A DNA stretch of 64,000 bases from Saprospiraceae bacterium (GCA_034439915.1 JAWXBI010000131.1:701-64700); one strand, 5' to 3'. Positions 19,880-30,246 are shown, numbered from the stretch's first letter. Translations and numbers: made by a program. The notes: generated by a model not told the origin, from the sequence alone.

Positions 19880-20962
19880 TTAAATTAATTTCAACGTTAA
19901 ATGTACGGTGTAGGAATGAGGTTGGTCGTCAATATCGATCGAATGACTGCCAGGATAGATCAACTCCAGCCTCCTCCTGACATTGATGAGTCCGATCCCC
20001 CCATGTGGCTTAGGCAAAATGTTTTGTAATCCCGAGGATTTGCTGTTTTCTATATGAAAGGTCAATTGATCGTTTTCTACTTCCAGGGTAACATAGACAT
20101 AAGCGTCGGATAACTGATGGTTTACCCCATGTTTGAAACTGTTTTCGAGAAAAGGGATGAAGACCAGCGGGGCGATTTTATGGTTCCGGATTTCACCCTT
20201 GATCTTAAAATCAATATCAACCAGGTTGCTTTGACGGAGGGCTTCCAGGTCCAGGTAGTTTTGAATATATTTTACTTCTTTTTCCAGGGGTACCCTTCGT
20301 TCATTGCATTCATACAGCATGTACCGCATCATCTCTGAAAGTTTGACGACGATCTCCGGGGCTTGTTCGGACTTTTTTAAAGTCAGTGCGTACAAACTAT
20401 TGAGGGTATTAAACAAAAAATGGGGATTGATCTGGGTCTTTAGAAACTTGAGCTCAGACTGCATATTCTGGGTCTCCAGATCTTTCATGGTTTGTTGCTG
20501 TTTAAACCAATCCACAATGATTTTGCCGCTGGTGGAAAAAATCAAAAACATCATGGAAACCAAAAATAATGGGCCTTGCTGGGCTTGAATATTTCCCTGC
20601 AATTGAGGATACTCTGATAATAAAAAATATTGAACCAGGGTACCCAGAGGTGTGGCTATCAATGCCAGCATGACCAGGCTTCCAAAATAAATGGCAAGCT
20701 TGTTTGTATTTAAATACCTGGGAATGAGGTAATTAAAGTTAAAATAGATCAATAAACCATATAACAGTAGCCGGCTCCCATTATTTAGAAAGGATAATCC
20801 CAACGAATAGGGGTTTTTATCTAAAGCCACCAGGACCACCAGAAAAATAATCCAAATGGTTCCGTGCAACCAGAGCCTGGAAGGTGAAATCCGCGGTAAG
20901 GTAACAGTCGTCAGAAACATCTTATGTAAAGATAGACCCTTCCGTCTACAGCCTATGGACAT
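19880..20962 (-). CDS. sensor histidine kinase (LytS/YehU-type, His_kinase PF06580-like)
   Basis: Multi-TM N-terminus and 'QINPHFLFNTLNSLYAL' H-box, 5 nt upstream of the LytTR regulator gene. An alternative ATG at 20920 ('MFLTTV...') is likely the true start. Confidence 0.88.
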   Translation of the reverse strand: MSIGCRRKGLSLHKMFLTTVTLPRISPSRLWLHGTIWIIFLVVLVALDKNPYSLGLSFLNNGSRLLLYGLLIYFNFNYLIPRYLNTNKLAIYFGSLVMLALIATPLGTLVQYFLLSEYPQLQGNIQAQQGPLFLVSMMFLIFSTSGKIIVDWFKQQQTMKDLETQNMQSELKFLKTQINPHFLFNTLNSLYALTLKKSEQAPEIVVKLSEMMRYMLYECNERRVPLEKEVKYIQNYLDLEALRQSNLVDIDFKIKGEIRNHKIAPLVFIPFLENSFKHGVNHQLSDAYVYVTLEVENDQLTFHIENSKSSGLQNILPKPHGGIGLINVRRRLELIYPGSHSIDIDDQPHSYTVHLTLKLI

Positions 20963-20999
20963 AATAGACTAATAATTAATTCCTTCGGACAAAAGACTA

Positions 21000-21647
21000 A
21001 TGGATAAGTATGTACCTTTGCAGGCTTTAAAAAAAAGGGTTAACCCCATGGCGTATAAAAAAACTGAACACTACGATGAAGCGGTCACCGCTAAGCTGGC
21101 TGATCATTATTCGGAAGTGTTGAAAGAGATCGGTGAAGATCCCAACCGGGATGGCTTGGTTCAAACCCCGGAACGGGTAGCTAAAGCAATTCAGTTTCTA
21201 ACTCAAGGTTATGCTGAAAACGGAGCTGAAATCCTAAGGTCAGCTTTATTTGAAGAAAAATATTCGGAGATGGTTTTAGTAAAGGATATTGAGTTGTATT
21301 CCTTGTGCGAACACCATATGCTGCCTTTTATTGGCAAGGTCCACATTGCATATATTCCAGATGGTAAAATTGTTGGTTTGAGTAAAATTCCCAGGATCGT
21401 GGACGTATTCGCCCGCAGGTTGCAGGTACAGGAGAGGTTGACGGACAATATCCTGCACTGTATTCAGGACACACTGAATCCATTAGGGGTGGCCGTCGTC
21501 ATCGAAGCTATGCACTTATGTATGATGATGAGAGGGGTCCAAAAACAAAATTCAGTCACCACAACCTCAGCATTCACGGGTGAATTCAGGAAAGCGGAGA
21601 CCCGGTCCGAGTTTCTCCACCTAATAACTGCAAAACTTTCGAAATAA
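21000..21647 (+). CDS. folE: GTP cyclohydrolase I
   Basis: '[19 protein letters not shown]' and 'QVQERLT' are FolE motifs. Alternative start at 21048 ('MAYKK'). Confidence 0.93.
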   Translation: MDKYVPLQALKKRVNPMAYKKTEHYDEAVTAKLADHYSEVLKEIGEDPNRDGLVQTPERVAKAIQFLTQGYAENGAEILRSALFEEKYSEMVLVKDIELYSLCEHHMLPFIGKVHIAYIPDGKIVGLSKIPRIVDVFARRLQVQERLTDNILHCIQDTLNPLGVAVVIEAMHLCMMMRGVQKQNSVTTTSAFTGEFRKAETRSEFLHLITAKLSK

Positions 21648-22528
21648 TGAAAGCCTATTTGTTCCCCGGACAGGGTGCACAATTTGCCGGTATGGCACAA
21701 AAATTAATTGACCATCCCCTGGCTAAAGATTTGTTTGATCAGGCTAATGCCATCCTTGGTTTTGATATCCTGGAAGTCATGCTGAATGGTTCGGAGAAAG
21801 ATTTGAGGCAAACCCGTATAACCCAGCCCGCCATCTTCCTGCATTCGATAATTTCGGCAAGAATAGCCTCGGAACATGCGGATTTGGACATTGCAGCTAC
21901 AGCCGGCCATTCGTTGGGTGAGTTTTCGGCCCTGGTGGCAGCCCAGGCTTTAAAATTCGAAGATGGGTTGAAACTGGTTTACACCCGCGCCGTAGCCATG
22001 CAACATGCTTGTGATCAGTTTCCCGGGACGATGGCGGCTATCGTAGGTATGGAGGATGATGTAGTCGAAACAGTATGTGTCGTGACACCCGGTATTGTGG
22101 TGGCCGCAAATTATAATTGTCCGGGACAACTGGTAATCAGTGGCGAAATAGCAGCAGTACAACTAGCCATGACCAGATTTAAGGAATTAGGGTGCAGGAA
22201 TGCTGTACAACTGGCTGTAGGAGGTGCGTTTCATTCCCCATTGATGAAATTAGCTGAAAAGGAATTACAATCCGGGATTGAACAAACCGTTTTTAATGTA
22301 CCGCTTTGTCCTGTGTACCAGAATATTGATGGGCTTCCGCATCAGGATCCGCATGAAATCCGTCGCAACCTGATCCGCCAACTGACTGGCCCGGTAAAAT
22401 GGAACCAGATCATCCAGCGAATGATCGCGGACGGAATTACTGAATTTGTTGAAGTGGGTGGAAACGGCAAGGTATTAACCGGATTAATAAAAAAAATCGA
22501 TCGGAAAATCCCGGTTTCAGCGATTTGA
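21647..22528 (+). CDS. fabD: malonyl-CoA:ACP transacylase
   Basis: 293 aa. 'FPGQGAQFAGM', active-site 'GHSLGEFSALVAA', 'GAFHSPLM'. The start overlaps the folE stop (TAATG). Confidence 0.95.
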   Translation: MKAYLFPGQGAQFAGMAQKLIDHPLAKDLFDQANAILGFDILEVMLNGSEKDLRQTRITQPAIFLHSIISARIASEHADLDIAATAGHSLGEFSALVAAQALKFEDGLKLVYTRAVAMQHACDQFPGTMAAIVGMEDDVVETVCVVTPGIVVAANYNCPGQLVISGEIAAVQLAMTRFKELGCRNAVQLAVGGAFHSPLMKLAEKELQSGIEQTVFNVPLCPVYQNIDGLPHQDPHEIRRNLIRQLTGPVKWNQIIQRMIADGITEFVEVGGNGKVLTGLIKKIDRKIPVSAI

Positions 22529-22550
22529 TACCTAAAGGGCAAGTTTAATT

Positions 22551-23117
22551 ATGGCAAAAAAAATATCCAGAATAAAAAGTGGTAAGCTGATCCTGGCTGA
22601 GCCGTTTATGCTGGATCCGCATTTCAGGAGGTCCGTGGTTTTTTTGTGTGAGCATCACCAGAAAAACGGCTCTGTTGGTTTTATTATCAACAAACCGCTG
22701 AAAATGAAAATTAATGAGATGGTGGAGGATTTTCCTGACATAGAAGCTGAATTGTATTATGGCGGGCCGGTAGCAACGGATACCCTGCATTTTATACACA
22801 ATGTCGGAGATCTGCTGGAAGACAGTGTGCCGGTTATTCGCGGGGTCTATTGGGGCGGTAATTTTGAGAAACTAAAATTTTTAATTGAGCGCCAATTGAT
22901 CGGACCTGATAATATCCGGTTTTTTATAGGATACGCCGGCTGGATAAAAGGTCAGTTGTCCGAAGAAATGGACATCGGATCCTGGATCATGGCCGAAGGC
23001 GATCCAAATTATGTCTTTAAAATCAAATCCGGCATGTTATGGAAAAGGGTGTTGAATGATAAAGGAAATACATTTTCCGTTATCTCCGAATTACCCGATA
23101 ATATGTCCTGGAATTAA
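22551..23117 (+). CDS. YqgE/AlgH-family protein (UPF0301)
   Basis: 188 aa; 'GKLILAEPFMLDPHFRRSVVFLCEHHQKNGSVGFIINKP' is typical of this family. Confidence 0.85.
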   Translation: MAKKISRIKSGKLILAEPFMLDPHFRRSVVFLCEHHQKNGSVGFIINKPLKMKINEMVEDFPDIEAELYYGGPVATDTLHFIHNVGDLLEDSVPVIRGVYWGGNFEKLKFLIERQLIGPDNIRFFIGYAGWIKGQLSEEMDIGSWIMAEGDPNYVFKIKSGMLWKRVLNDKGNTFSVISELPDNMSWN

Positions 23118-23163
23118 TACTTCAAAACCCGCAAGTTTAATATTTGCCAATCTGTTTTTTCTG

Positions 23164-25038
23164 ATGTTGCAATTAAAAAATATATATGTAAAATACGGAG
23201 ACCGCATTCTCCTTGATGAAGTCTCCGCCACTATTTCGGACGGTGAAAAGCTTGCACTCGTTGGAAGAAACGGTGCCGGAAAATCCACTTTACTTAAAAT
23301 AATTGCAAGAATTGCAGGTGCAGACTCCGGTGAAGTGGATATGCCCAGGAATACCCGCCTGGCCTACCTGAGACAGGAAATTGACTTTGATGACCAGACG
23401 CTCCTCCTGCACGAAGCCATGAAAGCCTTTGAAGAACTGAACAGCATTGAGACGAACATCACGAAACTTGAAATGCGCTTACACGACCACCTGGATGAAA
23501 AGACGATGGGCGACGTATTGCATGAACTCGAAGACCTTTACCATCGCCGGTATACCTTGGGTGGAGATACCGCCCAGGCTGAAACAGAAAAAGTATTAAC
23601 GGGTCTGGGGTTCAAACCGGTTGATTTTATGAAACCGCTGGCCCAATTCAGCGGAGGATGGAAAATGAGGGTTGAGCTGGCTAAAATGTTGCTTTGTAAA
23701 CCAGACATTCTTATGCTGGATGAGCCTACTAATCACCTCGACATGGATGCAATTATCTGGCTCGAGGGATACCTTCATACCTTGCCGTCAACTATCCTGA
23801 CCATCTCTCACGACCGTCAATTTTTGGATAATGTTTCCGATAGGACACTGGAGATCGAACAAGGTAAATTAAATGATTATGCTGCAGGTTATTCCAAATA
23901 CCTTGTTCAAAAAGTAGAGCGTGATCAATTGCTGGAAAATGCATTCAACAATCAGCAAAAAATGATCGCCCAGCGTTCCAGGACCATTGACCGTTTCAGG
24001 GCAAAGGCATCCAAGGCAAAAATGGCCCAATCCATGCTCAAACAATTGGATAAAATCGAGCGGGTTGAATGGTCGCCTACGGACCTGGCCAGTATGGTAG
24101 TCCGTTTTCCACCAGCACCGAGGTCCGGGGAGGTTTCCATTGAAGCCAAACAAGTCTCCAAAAGTTATGGGGAAAAGCAGGTACTGGAGAAAGTTGATTT
24201 TATTGCCAGACGAGGAGACCGCATAGCTTTTGTAGGCCAAAATGGTCAGGGTAAAACCACGTTTGTAAAAATATTGACCCAACTGGAACAAGCCAGCGGT
24301 GGCCAGATTTCTGTAGGGTATAACACCAACATTGGATATTATGCGCAAAACCAGGCAGAGTCTCTGGCTTTGAACAAAACCCTGCTGGAAACCCTGGAGG
24401 AAATTTCCCCACCCGAAATGAGACCCAGGCTGCGGGCTGTATTGGGGGCTTTCCTGTTTAGCGGAGACGATGTTGATAAAAAGGTGAGTGTGTTGAGCGG
24501 AGGCGAAAGAGCAAGACTGGCCATGGCTTGTATGTTGTTGCGCCCGATTAATTTATTGATTTTGGATGAACCTACCAATCACCTCGATATTGATTCCAAA
24601 GAAGTGTTGAAAGAGGCATTGCTGGAATACGAAGGGACCCTGATTGTAGTTTCACACGATAGGGAGTTTTTACAGGACCTGACGGATAAAACCATCGAGT
24701 TTAAAAATGGCAATATCAAAGAATACCTGGGGGATATTCAATATTATTTATCAAAGAGGGAAATTGATAATTTTCGTGACCTGAGTAAAACGACTCCAAT
24801 AATACAAGAAAAGGTAGTTGCAACAGCTACGGCAAAATCGATCATAAAATCTGCACCTAAGGTCAATCTTAAATTGGAAAAAGAAATTGAAAAACTTGAA
24901 AAAGAAATCGCTGACCTGGAAACAAAAATGGCTGAGGAAGGCTTTTATGAATATGAACAGTCAAACCGCATCATAGAGAAATATCAGCTTTTAAAAAAAT
25001 CGTTGGATCAGAAAATGGAAACCTGGATGAATGCATGA
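23164..25038 (+). CDS. ABC-F family ATPase (two ABC domains, no TM domain)
   Basis: Walker A 'GRNGAGKST' and 'GQNGQGKTT'; signatures 'LSGGWKMR' and 'LSGGERAR'; coiled-coil C-terminus. I chose the ATG at 23164 ('MLQLKNIYVKYG'). The ORF-track start at 23056 overlaps the upstream gene. Confidence 0.92.
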   Translation: MLQLKNIYVKYGDRILLDEVSATISDGEKLALVGRNGAGKSTLLKIIARIAGADSGEVDMPRNTRLAYLRQEIDFDDQTLLLHEAMKAFEELNSIETNITKLEMRLHDHLDEKTMGDVLHELEDLYHRRYTLGGDTAQAETEKVLTGLGFKPVDFMKPLAQFSGGWKMRVELAKMLLCKPDILMLDEPTNHLDMDAIIWLEGYLHTLPSTILTISHDRQFLDNVSDRTLEIEQGKLNDYAAGYSKYLVQKVERDQLLENAFNNQQKMIAQRSRTIDRFRAKASKAKMAQSMLKQLDKIERVEWSPTDLASMVVRFPPAPRSGEVSIEAKQVSKSYGEKQVLEKVDFIARRGDRIAFVGQNGQGKTTFVKILTQLEQASGGQISVGYNTNIGYYAQNQAESLALNKTLLETLEEISPPEMRPRLRAVLGAFLFSGDDVDKKVSVLSGGERARLAMACMLLRPINLLILDEPTNHLDIDSKEVLKEALLEYEGTLIVVSHDREFLQDLTDKTIEFKNGNIKEYLGDIQYYLSKREIDNFRDLSKTTPIIQEKVVATATAKSIIKSAPKVNLKLEKEIEKLEKEIADLETKMAEEGFYEYEQSNRIIEKYQLLKKSLDQKMETWMNA

Positions 25039-25057
25039 TGAGGCTATACTCCTCATC
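25037..25057. terminator. short hairpin spanning both convergent stop codons (ABC-F / pseudouridine synthase)
   Basis: 7-bp stem 'GATGAGG'/'CCTCATC' with a 7-nt loop. The two genes are only 14 nt apart. No U-tracts. Confidence 0.35.
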
Positions 25058-25790
25058 GCCCCCATTTCCTCAACTGTTGCAGAAGGGCTTTAAAATCTTT
25101 TGGGAGGGCTGCTTCAAACTCAACCTGATTTTTAGTAAAAGGATGCAAAAAGCCCAGTTTTACCGCATGCAAAGGGACTCTTGCCATCAGCGCTGTTTCT
25201 GCATCGGTCACCTCGGGATTCTCTGTCCATCGCAGGTTTCTTTTTTTTATTTGCCTTATGGTGATGGGGGACTCGCTGCCGTATAATGGATCCAGGGCCA
25301 GGGGTATTCCGATACTTTGCAAGTGCACTCTTATTTGGTGTGTACGTCCAGTTTGGATCACCACTTTTAATAAGGTGAAATCGCTAAATAATTCAATGGG
25401 CGTATAGGTTGTCGAGGCTGCTTTTCCTTTTTTGTGAACCATCATTTTGCCGGCATGGTAAGGATCCGCTGCAATGGGTGTATTGATTTCACCTCCGTCA
25501 TGCACCTGACCGCTGACCAAAGCCCAGTAGGTTTTTTCTGTTTGATGGGAAGAAAATTGTTCATTCAGGTTTCGATGCGCTTCTGCGTTTTTTGCAAAAA
25601 CCATAATACCGCTGGTATCCCTGTCCAACCGGTGTATGACCATTAACCCTATTCTCTTTGCTGCCAGGATATGATAAACCGAGTCTTTGGTGGCATCCCA
25701 CCGGTCCGGTATCGACAAAACCTTTGAAGGTTTATTGATGACGAGGATGTGCTCATCTTCAAAGATGATTTCTATTTGCAGTTTATTCAT
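25053..25790 (-). CDS. RluA-family pseudouridine synthase
   Basis: 245 aa; catalytic 'HRLDRDTSGIMVFAKN'; 'GRTHQIRVHL'. Confidence 0.9.
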   Translation of the reverse strand: MNKLQIEIIFEDEHILVINKPSKVLSIPDRWDATKDSVYHILAAKRIGLMVIHRLDRDTSGIMVFAKNAEAHRNLNEQFSSHQTEKTYWALVSGQVHDGGEINTPIAADPYHAGKMMVHKKGKAASTTYTPIELFSDFTLLKVVIQTGRTHQIRVHLQSIGIPLALDPLYGSESPITIRQIKKRNLRWTENPEVTDAETALMARVPLHAVKLGFLHPFTKNQVEFEAALPKDFKALLQQLRKWGR

Positions 25791-26811
25791 TTACCAGTGT
25801 TTTGAATGTTTTTTTGCCAAGAATAAAAAAACTAAAAATCAAACTGCCTCTGAAAACCCCCGCTCTATTCATGATATGTCCTTTGCTCAATTCCCGGAAC
25901 GATTTGCGTTTCTTTACCAACCGGGGTACCCAATTTATAAAATGTAAATAGGCTTTAAATACCGCGTTGGCTCCTCCTAAATTTCCCCGGATTAAAAAAT
26001 TAATCAGAGCCGTTCCATCCAGTAACCAGCGCAGTGGTAAAATCACCATCAATCTCGCCGCAGTTTCATTTTTCAATAGGGTAGCCAGGTTGTTGCGGAA
26101 ATTGAGAAAAATTTTGTTGTTGCTGGTATACGGCAAGGTGCCCCCGCCTATGTGATAAATAACTGCATCCGGTATTGACTTGATCTTCCATGCACACTTT
26201 TTTGCCCGCCAGCACCAGTCTATTTCTTCCATATGTGCAAAAAAGTCATCATCAAAACCACCCAGCTGATGAAACAATCGGGCCCTGACCATCATTGCAG
26301 CACCACTGGCCCAGAAAATTTCGGCGGGTTGATCATATTGTTGGTGATCTTCTTCAAATAGATTCAACAACCTTCCTTTGCAAAATGGATAACCCAGGAA
26401 ATCTATCCAGCCACCGGCAGCTCCTGCATGTTCAAACAAGTTAGGTTGATGGTAGGACAATATTTTAGGCTGACATGCAGCCAACTGAGGGTCGTCGTCC
26501 ATTGCCTTGATTAAAGAAGACCAGGAGCCCCGTAATTCCACATCACTGTTTAATAGAAAATAATAATCTGCGGTCACCCTTTTGAGTATTTCATTGTAGC
26601 CCCGGGCAAAACCATAATTCTGATCATTGCAAATAATTTCGATTGCTGGATATTCATTTTGAACATAAACAACGGAATCATCCTTACTGTGATTGTCCCC
26701 TAAGACCACCGTAACCTCCCTCGGGGTGTACTTCAGGATAGAAGGTAAAAATCGTTCCAGGTAGGATTTTCCGTTATAATTCAGGATAACCAATGCGGTT
26801 TGCGGCATCAA
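25783..26811 (-). CDS. family 2 glycosyltransferase
   Basis: 342 aa. 'LVILNYNGKSYLERFLPS' and 'LLNSDVEL' are GT-A fold motifs. It overlaps both neighbouring genes. Confidence 0.85.
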   Translation of the reverse strand: MMPQTALVILNYNGKSYLERFLPSILKYTPREVTVVLGDNHSKDDSVVYVQNEYPAIEIICNDQNYGFARGYNEILKRVTADYYFLLNSDVELRGSWSSLIKAMDDDPQLAACQPKILSYHQPNLFEHAGAAGGWIDFLGYPFCKGRLLNLFEEDHQQYDQPAEIFWASGAAMMVRARLFHQLGGFDDDFFAHMEEIDWCWRAKKCAWKIKSIPDAVIYHIGGGTLPYTSNNKIFLNFRNNLATLLKNETAARLMVILPLRWLLDGTALINFLIRGNLGGANAVFKAYLHFINWVPRLVKKRKSFRELSKGHIMNRAGVFRGSLIFSFFILGKKTFKTLVNE

Positions 26812-27752
26812 GTGAGGGTTTCATAGTCAAAATAATCTTTTATGACCTGTTGATCCAATTGGATTTGAGACTGGAGGGACTGTGGATTTTCAAAATGTAC
26901 GTCTTCCCGAATAAATTTGAATACCTCCAACCATACCTGTTCGCCATATAGTTCTCCTTCAAAATCAAATAAATTAACTTCGATCTGGAGGCTGCCCCCA
27001 ACATGGGTCGTGGGGCGTTTTCCGATATACAGCATGCCTTTTTTTTGTTGGTTTTTCCATTTCACCCGGACCGCATAAACTCCGTGATGAGGGATAAATT
27101 TCGTGGCATCATTGATCATCAGGTTGGCTGTCGGAAATCCCATTTTACGCCCAAACTGGTCCCCGGCAATCACCCTGCCCGAAATAGGGTATGCATAACC
27201 CAGATATTTCCTAACGAGATCAAACTGCCCGTCTGCCAAGGCATTCCTGATTTTTGTAGAAGAAATGACGATCCCACCAATTTCGAACGGAGGTATTTCA
27301 AATACTTCGTACTGATATTTGGCTCGAAGCTCCATAAGGATGTCTTTAGTACCGAGCCTTCCTTTTCCAAACTGATGATCATATCCGATGACCACTGCCC
27401 TGGGCTTAAAAAATTTAATCAAAAAATCTTCGATATAATCCACCGGCGATTGAGAGGCAAAATCCGGCGTAAACGGAACCACTACCACGTGGTCAATACC
27501 GAGGGATTTGAAAATTTCTATTTTTTCATCCAGGGTATTCAACATGCGGAGTTGGGTATCAAACCGATTGAGCACCAGCCTGGGGTGGGGGTGAAACGTA
27601 ATCAGGACGCTTTGGGTGTTGAACGCTGAGGCATATTTCATCAACCCCTCGATTATTTTACGATGTCCGCTATGGACTCCATCGAATGAACCCACGGTGA
27701 TGACCGAATGCTGAAGTAAAGGAATATCGTCTAATCCAAAGTGAACTTCCAT
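26808..27752 (-). CDS. ribF: bifunctional riboflavin kinase / FMN adenylyltransferase
   Basis: 314 aa. 'VGSFDGVHSGHRKII' (FAD synthetase), 'GFPTANL' and 'LEVFKFIREDVHF' (riboflavin kinase). Confidence 0.95.
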   Translation of the reverse strand: MEVHFGLDDIPLLQHSVITVGSFDGVHSGHRKIIEGLMKYASAFNTQSVLITFHPHPRLVLNRFDTQLRMLNTLDEKIEIFKSLGIDHVVVVPFTPDFASQSPVDYIEDFLIKFFKPRAVVIGYDHQFGKGRLGTKDILMELRAKYQYEVFEIPPFEIGGIVISSTKIRNALADGQFDLVRKYLGYAYPISGRVIAGDQFGRKMGFPTANLMINDATKFIPHHGVYAVRVKWKNQQKKGMLYIGKRPTTHVGGSLQIEVNLFDFEGELYGEQVWLEVFKFIREDVHFENPQSLQSQIQLDQQVIKDYFDYETLT

Positions 27753-27917
27753 GTATCGAATTGGCTAAGGCAATTTAATTTAGTGCTGCAAAAATCAGAA
27801 ATATTCATTAATAATCGAGGTCTTGTTTGACTTGACCTGATTTCAATAGCCAAAATGGAAAGGCGTCCCCGGGATTTAGCCCATAGTCAAGTTCGTATTA
27901 AACCTTAATATTGCCCC

Positions 27918-29006
27918 ATGACCAGAGAAGAATTATTGAGCTTTTTAGGGACCATTACGGATCCATTGACCGGGCAAAATCTGGTATTGGCCAACCGGAT
28001 TCAAAACATACAGATTGAAAACAACCGGATAGCCGTCATATTTGCATTCCCACCGAAACTGGAAAGCAGGATAAAATCAGAGCTGAATTTTAAAATCGTC
28101 GAAGAACTTGGCAAACTGGCACCGGGTTTTGAAATAGATTTACATTTTGGCAACCCGGATGCGACCCATAAAAAAAGCAGTAATCTGCCCCAGATTAAAA
28201 ATATAATTGCCGTGGCCTCTGGCAAAGGGGGAGTCGGCAAGTCCACGATCAGTGTAAATCTCGCCCTCGGACTAAAATCACTGGGATTGAAGGTCGGACT
28301 GCTGGATGCAGATCTGTATGGGCCGAGCATTCCCATTATGCTTGGCCTCAAAGGGAAAAGACCTGAAATACAACAAGTCTACGGCGTATCTAAAATCGTA
28401 CCCCTGAGCGCCTTTGGTATCCCCGTCATGTCTATTGGATTTGTGGTGGAACCCGAGCAGGCGGTTATTCTTCGGGGGCCTCGGCTGGCCGGGATCATGA
28501 AACAATTTTTGGAAGACTGCCTTTGGCCTGACCTGGACGTTTTGATTATTGATCTGCCACCCGGCACCGGGGATATCCAATTGACATTGGTCCAGACTGT
28601 ACCCGTTACTGGTGCCATTATCGTGACTACACCCCAAACTGTGGCTGTGGCAGATGCAATCAAAGCTGCCAACATGTTTCAGATGACCGGGATCCAGGTC
28701 CCTATTCTTGGAATAGTAGAAAATATGTCCTGGTTTACCCCAAAAGAACTTCCCGGAAGCCAATACGCTATTTTTGGAAAAGGAGGGGGTCAACATCTTG
28801 CTAACTTATTCAATACGAGCCTTCTGGGCCAGATTCCCCTGATTATGTCCATAAGGGAATCAGGCGATGAAGGTAAGCCGTCCATTCAGGACCAGACTTC
28901 GGATTCCGGGATAGTATTCAAACAGTTGGCTCAAAATACCCTGGATAGATTGTTATACCGGAACCAAACTCTGGCGCCAACAGAAAAGGTCAAGATGCAG
29001 TCCTAG
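27918..29006 (+). CDS. Mrp/ApbC/NBP35-family Fe-S cluster carrier ATPase
   Basis: 362 aa. DUF59-like N-terminus and deviant Walker A 'ASGKGGVGKSTISVNLA'. Confidence 0.92.
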   Translation: MTREELLSFLGTITDPLTGQNLVLANRIQNIQIENNRIAVIFAFPPKLESRIKSELNFKIVEELGKLAPGFEIDLHFGNPDATHKKSSNLPQIKNIIAVASGKGGVGKSTISVNLALGLKSLGLKVGLLDADLYGPSIPIMLGLKGKRPEIQQVYGVSKIVPLSAFGIPVMSIGFVVEPEQAVILRGPRLAGIMKQFLEDCLWPDLDVLIIDLPPGTGDIQLTLVQTVPVTGAIIVTTPQTVAVADAIKAANMFQMTGIQVPILGIVENMSWFTPKELPGSQYAIFGKGGGQHLANLFNTSLLGQIPLIMSIRESGDEGKPSIQDQTSDSGIVFKQLAQNTLDRLLYRNQTLAPTEKVKMQS

Positions 29007-29071
29007 TTGCCTTTGCCTGGTATTGAATAGTTGATCTCAATGCGGATATTTAGCTTAATTTTGTAATACGA

Positions 29072-29329
29072 ATGGCTCTAATCAAGAAAAGTAAACTAAA
29101 AAAAATACAGGAAATTGACCAGGCACTTAATGAATTGAGGCCACATTTGGCTGTCGATGGAGGCAATGTCGAAGTGCTGGATTACACGGATGACATGACT
29201 GTTAAAATTAAATGGTTGGGCAATTGTGAGTCCTGTTCCATGTCAGCTTTTACTTTACACGCCGGCATAGAGCAGGCCATAAAATCCAAATTCCCGGAAG
29301 TCCTTGCCGTAATCGCAGTAAACAGTTGA
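29072..29329 (+). CDS. NifU-like (Nfu-type) Fe-S cluster assembly domain protein
   Basis: 85 aa; 'LRPHLAVDGGNVEVL' and 'GNCESCSMS' CxxC motif. Confidence 0.85.
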   Translation: MALIKKSKLKKIQEIDQALNELRPHLAVDGGNVEVLDYTDDMTVKIKWLGNCESCSMSAFTLHAGIEQAIKSKFPEVLAVIAVNS

Positions 29330-30165
29330 TGCAATTATTTACCTGGGACAGAAAGTGCCTTAATCAGTCGATTAATTCCCTAAAATCCTGTTTGTGTGTT
29401 GGTTTGGATACCGATGAAGAGAAAATTCCGGTTTCTTTCCCCAGGGGCGCTCATTTAAGTTTTAGATTCAATAAAGCCATGGTGGATGCCACCAGTGATG
29501 TTGCCATTGCATATAAATTAAACTCCGCTTTTTATGAAGTTCGCGGGCCGGAAGGATGGGAATCCATGGCCGAAACCATTGCCTACATTAAAAGCAAAAA
29601 CCGATTTATCATCCTGGATGCTAAACGGGGAGATATCGGCAATACCGGGGAGATGTATGCCAAAACCTGTTTTGAGGTGCTTAATGCAGATGCCGCGACC
29701 GTTTCCCCGTATATGGGAAAAGATTCGGTTGCCCCGTTTTTGGCCTATGCTGATCGATGGACTGTATTGCTTGCCCTGACCAGCAATCCGGGAGGACAGG
29801 ATTTTCAACTTAAAAAACTGGAATCGGGAAATTATTTGTTTGAAGAAGTTATCCTTAAATCGAAACAGTGGGCTGATGCAGACCACCTGATGTATGTAGT
29901 AGGCGCTACAAAAATGGAATATATTCAAAAAATCAGGTCCCTGGTACCCAATCATTTTTTATTGATCCCCGGTGTCGGGGCTCAGGGTGGTGACCTGGAG
30001 CTTATCCTGGATCTGGCACTCACAGGTCAAGGCGATATCCTGGTCAATGTATCCCGGAGTATTCTTTATGCATCCTCCGGAGCCGATTTTTTGGAGGCTG
30101 CCAGAGCGGAGGCGATCCGTTTGAAGGACATCATGGCCCAACATATTGTAAAAAAAATGAATTAA
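29329..30165 (+). CDS. pyrF: orotidine 5'-phosphate decarboxylase (type 2)
   Basis: 'CVGLDTD', 'ILDAKRGDIGNT', 'PGVGAQGG'. The ATG at 29329 overlaps the upstream TGA (TGATG); the ORF track starts one codon earlier at a TTG. Confidence 0.92.
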   Translation: MQLFTWDRKCLNQSINSLKSCLCVGLDTDEEKIPVSFPRGAHLSFRFNKAMVDATSDVAIAYKLNSAFYEVRGPEGWESMAETIAYIKSKNRFIILDAKRGDIGNTGEMYAKTCFEVLNADAATVSPYMGKDSVAPFLAYADRWTVLLALTSNPGGQDFQLKKLESGNYLFEEVILKSKQWADADHLMYVVGATKMEYIQKIRSLVPNHFLLIPGVGAQGGDLELILDLALTGQGDILVNVSRSILYASSGADFLEAARAEAIRLKDIMAQHIVKKMN

Positions 30166-30246
30166 ATTAGAATTTTACAGGGCGAGACGGTGTTATATAA
30201 TTTTTAAAATCCATTCCAATCAAAACGATACCAATTTAACTTCTTT

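Noticed and set aside
23056-23163. N-terminal extension of the ABC-F ORF. Similar long-start options exist for secE (3557), the asparaginase-like gene (51620), DUF1573 (54908) and the mannosyltransferase (57692).
   Set aside because: The extensions overlap upstream genes, tRNA ends or divergent genes. They precede an in-frame ATG that restores the canonical family N-terminus.
25035-25286. 83-aa + strand ORF immediately after the ABC-F gene.
   Set aside because: It is entirely antisense to the 3' end of the RluA-family gene, which has clear catalytic motifs.
27003-27629. 208-aa ORF antisense to ribF, and a 172-aa ORF (28278-28796) antisense to mrp.
   Set aside because: The opposite-strand genes carry unambiguous family motifs over their full length. 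The antisense products have none.
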